In this document: one piece after another, positions 16,592 to 20,830 of the stretch
How the letters are laid out: each line of letters opens with the position of its first letter
Position numbering within the stretch: position 1 is the first letter of the stretch
From: Candidatus Iainarchaeum sp.
GTDB lineage: Archaea; Iainarchaeota; Iainarchaeia; Iainarchaeales; JAFCCJ01
Direction of reading: 5' to 3'
Assembly: GCA_043816965.1 (NCBI GenBank)
Contig: JBDRHK010000009.1
Coordinates: 1 to 20,830 of the forward strand
Length of the DNA: 20,830 nucleotides
Translations under genes and position numbers: made by a program
The notes under the pieces: model-generated
The model's input: the letters and a program-made list of their open reading frames with translations, nothing else
Database searches by the model: none
What the model was told of the DNA's origin: nothing

Positions 16592-16694
16592 TTTATCACT
16601 TCCAAGCGGTAGGGCTTTATTTTAACTAAAACCCAATAATAATAAGTATTACTTTTATAAATTAGTTCACTTAATATTAATTGGGGATTGGAAA

Positions 16695-17963
16695 ATGCCA
16701 GGCACTGTTATTATTGGCTCCCAGTGGGGGGATGAAGGAAAGGGAAAAGTAACTGATTTTTACGGGGAAAATGCCGATTTAGTTGTTAGATATCAGGGCG
16801 GGAATAATGCCGGCCATACTGTTGTTGTTGGCGACAGGAAGATGAAATTTCATTTACTGCCCTCAGGAATAATGCGCGCAAAACATGTTTTGATTGGTGC
16901 AGGGGTTGTTTTAGACCCTCGCGTGCTGAAAGAGGAACTTGAAAACCTGAAAAAGGCCGGAAAAGAGGTTCATATGACAATTGACCCTCGCACGCACATC
17001 ATTTTTCCCTGGCATAATCTTGAGGACGGGGCGCAGGAGAAAGAGGAAAGTGTGGAGACTATAGGCACTACAGGAAGGGGGATAGGGCCTGCTTATGCTG
17101 ATAAATGTTACAGAATCGGGATTAGGTTTGAGGATTTGATTAATGAAAAAAGGTTAAAGCAAAAAATTGCGAAAGTTTACCCTTTCAAGAAAAAATTACT
17201 GGAAAAAACTTATGAGGTTAAGATGAAAGAAACCGAGGCGGAAATTTTCAAGCAGTACAACGAACTGGGAAAGGAATTTCTGCAGTATGTTGGCGATGTT
17301 TCGCTCGAGGTTACAGAGGCGCTTGATGCAGGAAAGAATGTAATGTTTGAGGGAGCGCAGGGAACCTTTTTGGACAATGATTTTGGAACTTATCCATATG
17401 TGACCTCCTCGCACCCGATAAGCGGCGGTGTTGCTACCGGGGTTGGTATGCCGATTAATAAAATCGGGAGAATTATCGGCATTGTTAAGGCATACACCAC
17501 TCGCGTTGGTGAGGGGCCGTTTCCAACCGAGGTTAAGGGGAAATTAGGCGATGATTTAAGGGAAAAGGGGCAGGAGTATGGGACAACAACAGGAAGGCCA
17601 AGAAGGGTTGGTTGGCTGGATATTCCTTTGCTGAGAACTTCAATGCGCCTAAACGGATTCACTGAAATTGCCCTTACAAAATTCGATGTTTTAAGCGGTT
17701 TTGAGAAATTAAAAGTGGCAATCAGTTACTCCCATTCTGGGAAAACTTTTGATTACTTTCCCTACAGCATGAGGAGTGTTGAGAAGGCTGAGGTGCAGTA
17801 CAGGGAATTTGAGGGTTTCACCCTGAGCGGAAAGGAGAAAAAATTCAAGGATTTGCCAAAATCCGCGCAGAATTACATTAGATTCATTGAGGAACGATTA
17901 GGTGCGCCTGTAAAACTGGTTTCAATCGGCCCTGAAAGAAGCCAGACTATTTTGGTTGATTAA
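16695..17963 (+). CDS. purA: Adenylosuccinate synthetase
   Basis: QWGDEGKGK, GGNNAGHT, IGTTGRGIGPAY, FEGAQG, GTYPYVTSS and EYGTTTGRPRRVGW. Confidence 0.98.
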   Translation: MPGTVIIGSQWGDEGKGKVTDFYGENADLVVRYQGGNNAGHTVVVGDRKMKFHLLPSGIMRAKHVLIGAGVVLDPRVLKEELENLKKAGKEVHMTIDPRTHIIFPWHNLEDGAQEKEESVETIGTTGRGIGPAYADKCYRIGIRFEDLINEKRLKQKIAKVYPFKKKLLEKTYEVKMKETEAEIFKQYNELGKEFLQYVGDVSLEVTEALDAGKNVMFEGAQGTFLDNDFGTYPYVTSSHPISGGVATGVGMPINKIGRIIGIVKAYTTRVGEGPFPTEVKGKLGDDLREKGQEYGTTTGRPRRVGWLDIPLLRTSMRLNGFTEIALTKFDVLSGFEKLKVAISYSHSGKTFDYFPYSMRSVEKAEVQYREFEGFTLSGKEKKFKDLPKSAQNYIRFIEERLGAPVKLVSIGPERSQTILVD

Positions 17964-17986
17964 TTAAGGTGCCAATATATCTGTAG

Positions 17987-18052
17987 CGAGGGCGAAGCCC
18001 GAGAAGGCCCATACAAAGTATGGGCCGTTCCGTCAACCCGAATAGGGGTTGA
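17987..18052. other. GC-rich triple-hairpin intergenic element of unknown function
   Basis: GGGC-GAA-GCCC (17990-18000), GGCCCATAC-AAA-GTATGGGCC (18006-18026) and TCAACCC-GAATAG-GGGTTGA (18033-18052). Confidence 0.75.
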
Positions 18053-18116
18053 TAGAAAGCTATTTAACGATTTAATATTTATTTCTTCTACCATTTAATC
18101 TTGGTGAGGTGGGAAA

Positions 18117-19352
18117 ATGTCTATTTTGAGCGAAAAGGATCCAGAGGTATTTAAGTCCATTCAGTGCGAGAAGGAAAGGCAGATGGATGGGATTGAGCTG
18201 ATTGCTTCCGAGAACTATGTAAGTGAGGCTGTTTTGGAGGCAATGGGCAGCATTATGACCAACAAATACAGTGAGGGCTATCCTGGAAAGAGGTACTATG
18301 CAGGAAATGAGTGCATTGATGTTGCGGAAAACCTTGCTATTGACAGGGCAAAAAAGCTGTTCAATGCAGAGCATGTAAATGTCCAGCCATTGAGCGGTTC
18401 TCCAGCTAACCAGGCTGTTTACTTCGCGCTTTTGGAAAGGGGGGACTCTTTTATGGGCCTTGACCTTGATATGGGCGGGCATATTACTCACGGGCTTAAG
18501 TATAATTTTTCAGGGAGATATTATGACCATATTTCATATGCTGTTGATAAGGAAACTGAAATGCTCGATATGGATGCAATAAGAAAGATTGCTAAGGAGA
18601 AGAAACCAAAAATGATTCTGAGTGGTTACACCGCCTATCCAAGGGCAGTTCCTTTCAAGGAATTCAGGGAAATTTGTGATGAAGTTGGTGCTTTCTGCTG
18701 GGCGGACATAGCACATATTGCGGGATTGTGTGCGACAGGGCATCACGAGAATCCTGTCCCTTACTTTGATGTTGTCACAACTACTACACACAAAACATTG
18801 CGCGGACCAAGGGCTGCAATTATAATGTGCAAGGAGGAATTCGCCGCAAAGATTGACAAGGCAATTTTCCCCGGTCTGCAGGGAGGGCCTCATGACCATA
18901 TTAATGCCGCTAAAGCCGTTGCTTTCAAGGAGGCAATGCAGCCTGAGTTTAAGGAATATGCGGGGCAGATAATTAAGAATGCAAAAGCTTTGGGCGAGGA
19001 ACTGCAGGCGCAGGGGATTAGGCTTGTTAGTGGAGGAACCGATAACCATTTGCTGCTGCTGGATTTGACAAAAACAGGGCAAAGGGCAAAGCATGTTGTT
19101 GAACAATTGGATAAAGCAGGGATTTGCACAAACAAAAATACTATCCCCTATGATACTGGAAGTCCCTGGGATCCTAATGGAATCAGGATTGGAACTCCTG
19201 CATTAACCACCCGCGGAATGAAGGAATCAGAAATGAAGCAGGTGGGAGAATGGATGGGGCAGGTTGTAAAGAGCCCGGATGATGCTGCGCTGATTGAGAA
19301 GGTTAATGGAGAGGTTAAGGAACTCTGTAAGCAGTTCATTATCTATAAGTGA
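18117..19352 (+). CDS. glyA: Serine hydroxymethyltransferase
   Basis: IELIASEN, NKYSEGYPGKRYY, PLP lysine motif TTTTHKTLRGPR, FPGLQGGP, GGTDNHL and GIRIGTPALTTRG. GGTGAGG RBS. Confidence 0.98.
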   Translation: MSILSEKDPEVFKSIQCEKERQMDGIELIASENYVSEAVLEAMGSIMTNKYSEGYPGKRYYAGNECIDVAENLAIDRAKKLFNAEHVNVQPLSGSPANQAVYFALLERGDSFMGLDLDMGGHITHGLKYNFSGRYYDHISYAVDKETEMLDMDAIRKIAKEKKPKMILSGYTAYPRAVPFKEFREICDEVGAFCWADIAHIAGLCATGHHENPVPYFDVVTTTTHKTLRGPRAAIIMCKEEFAAKIDKAIFPGLQGGPHDHINAAKAVAFKEAMQPEFKEYAGQIIKNAKALGEELQAQGIRLVSGGTDNHLLLLDLTKTGQRAKHVVEQLDKAGICTNKNTIPYDTGSPWDPNGIRIGTPALTTRGMKESEMKQVGEWMGQVVKSPDDAALIEKVNGEVKELCKQFIIYK

Positions 19353-19356
19353 TTAA

Positions 19357-20217
19357 ATGCCTGCTAAAATCATTGATGGAAAGGCCCTTTCAGCAAAGAT
19401 AAGGGAAGAGCTGAAAAAAGAGGTTGAGGAATTAAAGGCAAAGGGAATTACCCCTGGCTTGACTGTTGTTCAGGTCGGGCATGTTCCTGCATCTGATTTA
19501 TATGTCAAAATGAAAACCTCGGCAGCAGCAGAGGTTGGCATTAAGGATGAGTTGGTTACTTTGCCTGAAACAGCTTCCTTTGAGGAACTGCAGGAGGCAG
19601 TAGAGAAATTAAACAAGGATGAATCAGTGCATGGAATTCTGGTGCAATTGCCTTTGCCGGACAGCATGAAAAAGAAAAGGGTTGCTGAGCTTATTGCGCC
19701 TGAGAAGGATGTTGATGGTTTTCATCCCTACAACCACGGGAAGAATTTGATTAAGGAACCAACTTTCATTTCGGCAACGCCCAGGGGAATTATTGAACTT
19801 ATACAATCAACAGGGGAAAAGATTGAGGGGGCACATGCGGTTATTGTGGGAACTTCCTCAATAGTCGGGAAACCAACTGCATTAATGCTACTTAATTTGC
19901 ATGCAACAATTACGATGTGCAACCGCTACACTGTTGATTTGGGCTCTTACACCAGGCAGGCAGATATTCTTGTTGTTGCGGTTGGAAAGCCGAATCTGAT
20001 AACCGGAGATATGGTGAAAGAGGGGGCTGTTGTTATTGATGTGGGGATTAACAAACTGGAAAGCGGGAAAATTGTGGGGGATGTTGATTTTGAGGGCGCA
20101 AAAGAAAGGGCAGGATGGATTACCCCTGTTCCTGGCGGAGTTGGGCCAATGACTGTTGCCGCACTTCTGGAGAATACTGTTCTGGCTGCAAAGAGGATTC
20201 ACAATGTCGAAGATTAA
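19357..20217 (+). CDS. folD: Bifunctional methylenetetrahydrofolate dehydrogenase/cyclohydrolase
   Basis: IIDGK, YVKMK, HGILVQLPLP, EKDVDGFHP, VIDVGIN and ITPVPGGVGPMT. Confidence 0.98.
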   Translation: MPAKIIDGKALSAKIREELKKEVEELKAKGITPGLTVVQVGHVPASDLYVKMKTSAAAEVGIKDELVTLPETASFEELQEAVEKLNKDESVHGILVQLPLPDSMKKKRVAELIAPEKDVDGFHPYNHGKNLIKEPTFISATPRGIIELIQSTGEKIEGAHAVIVGTSSIVGKPTALMLLNLHATITMCNRYTVDLGSYTRQADILVVAVGKPNLITGDMVKEGAVVIDVGINKLESGKIVGDVDFEGAKERAGWITPVPGGVGPMTVAALLENTVLAAKRIHNVED

Positions 20218-20824
20218 AATAGGGGTTTTGGGGAGCACCAAAGGAACAGATTTGCAGGCAGTTATTGATGCCATTGAAAATGGGGATCTGGATGCGGAAA
20301 TTGCACTTGTTCTTAGCAACAAGGAGGATGCATTCATACTCGAAAGGGCGAGGAAGCATAACCTCCCTGTGAAATTTGTGAATCCTAAGGACTTTTCCTC
20401 TAAGGATGAGTTTGACCATGCATTGAGGGAAGAATTAGATGGTGCTAATGTTGATTTGGTCCTGCTGATTGGATATATGAAAATTGTCGGAAAGGAACTT
20501 TGCGAGGCATACAGGAACAAAATTATGAATATTCACCCATCCCTGCTCCCTAAGTATTCTGGGGGAATGGATACAAATGTTCATGAGGAAGTATTGAAAA
20601 ACCAGGATGAGGAAACAGGGTGTACGCTGCATTTCGTTACTGAAGAGGTGGACGAGGGGCCGATTATTATGCAACAAGAGGTGAAAGTTGAGGAAAATGA
20701 TACTGTGGATTCCCTTAAGGATAAGGTGCAAAAGGCAGAGCAGGAACTGATAATAAAAGCAATTAAATTGTTTTCTGAGGGTAAAATTAATGTGAAAGAT
20801 GGAAAAGTGATTGTTGATGGGTGA
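20204..20824 (+). CDS. purN: Phosphoribosylglycinamide formyltransferase
   Basis: GSTKGTDLQAVI, LIGYMKI, MNIHPSLLPKY, TGCTLHFV and DEGPII. Start at ATG 20204 (MSKIKIG), overlapping folD. Confidence 0.96.
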   Translation: MSKIKIGVLGSTKGTDLQAVIDAIENGDLDAEIALVLSNKEDAFILERARKHNLPVKFVNPKDFSSKDEFDHALREELDGANVDLVLLIGYMKIVGKELCEAYRNKIMNIHPSLLPKYSGGMDTNVHEEVLKNQDEETGCTLHFVTEEVDEGPIIMQQEVKVEENDTVDSLKDKVQKAEQELIIKAIKLFSEGKINVKDGKVIVDG

Positions 20825-20830
20825 AATAAA

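Noticed and set aside
17978..18032. Hammerhead ribozyme (CTGTAGCGA-stem-GAGA-stem resembles CUGANGA-stem II-GAAA-stem III)
   Set aside because: The core nucleotides deviate (no CUGANGA, no GAAA) and there is no convincing stem I.
17964..18116. ZTP, THF or glycine riboswitch, or a tRNA, upstream of glyA
   Set aside because: Consensus elements are not recognisable, and there is no tRNA acceptor stem or proper T-arm.
1..20830. CRISPR array, rRNA, integrase or transposase
   Set aside because: No regularly spaced repeats, intergenic gaps are at most about 250 nt, and no such ORFs were found.

Overview
Archaeal-type housekeeping region, with GGTGA/GGAGG ribosome-binding sites, TATA-like boxes, a four-subunit pyruvate:ferredoxin oxidoreductase and a long-form PurC. 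A DPANN-like lineage is plausible but is only an inference. Left to right: a partial beta-class N6/N4 DNA methyltransferase, a DUF1858 CxxC protein, a 2[4Fe-4S] ferredoxin, an orphan, and an anaerobic class III ribonucleotide reductase locus. That locus comprises nrdG, a 51-aa glycyl-radical polypeptide missing from the ORF track, and a large NrdD carrying a 435-aa LAGLIDADG intein with an internal zinc ribbon. Next come acylphosphatase, a Nudix hydrolase, a porC-porD-cutA-porA-porB operon, dCMP deaminase and orphans. A purine/C1 cluster follows: purE-purC-purB-purM on minus and purA, glyA, folD, purN on plus. The main points of interest are the split, intein-bearing NrdD with a neighbouring candidate redox chain, cutA embedded in the por operon, a tandem-duplicated PurE, GC-rich intergenic hairpins/palindromes, and a set of basic orphan genes. 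All calls come from manual reading of motifs; no searches were run.
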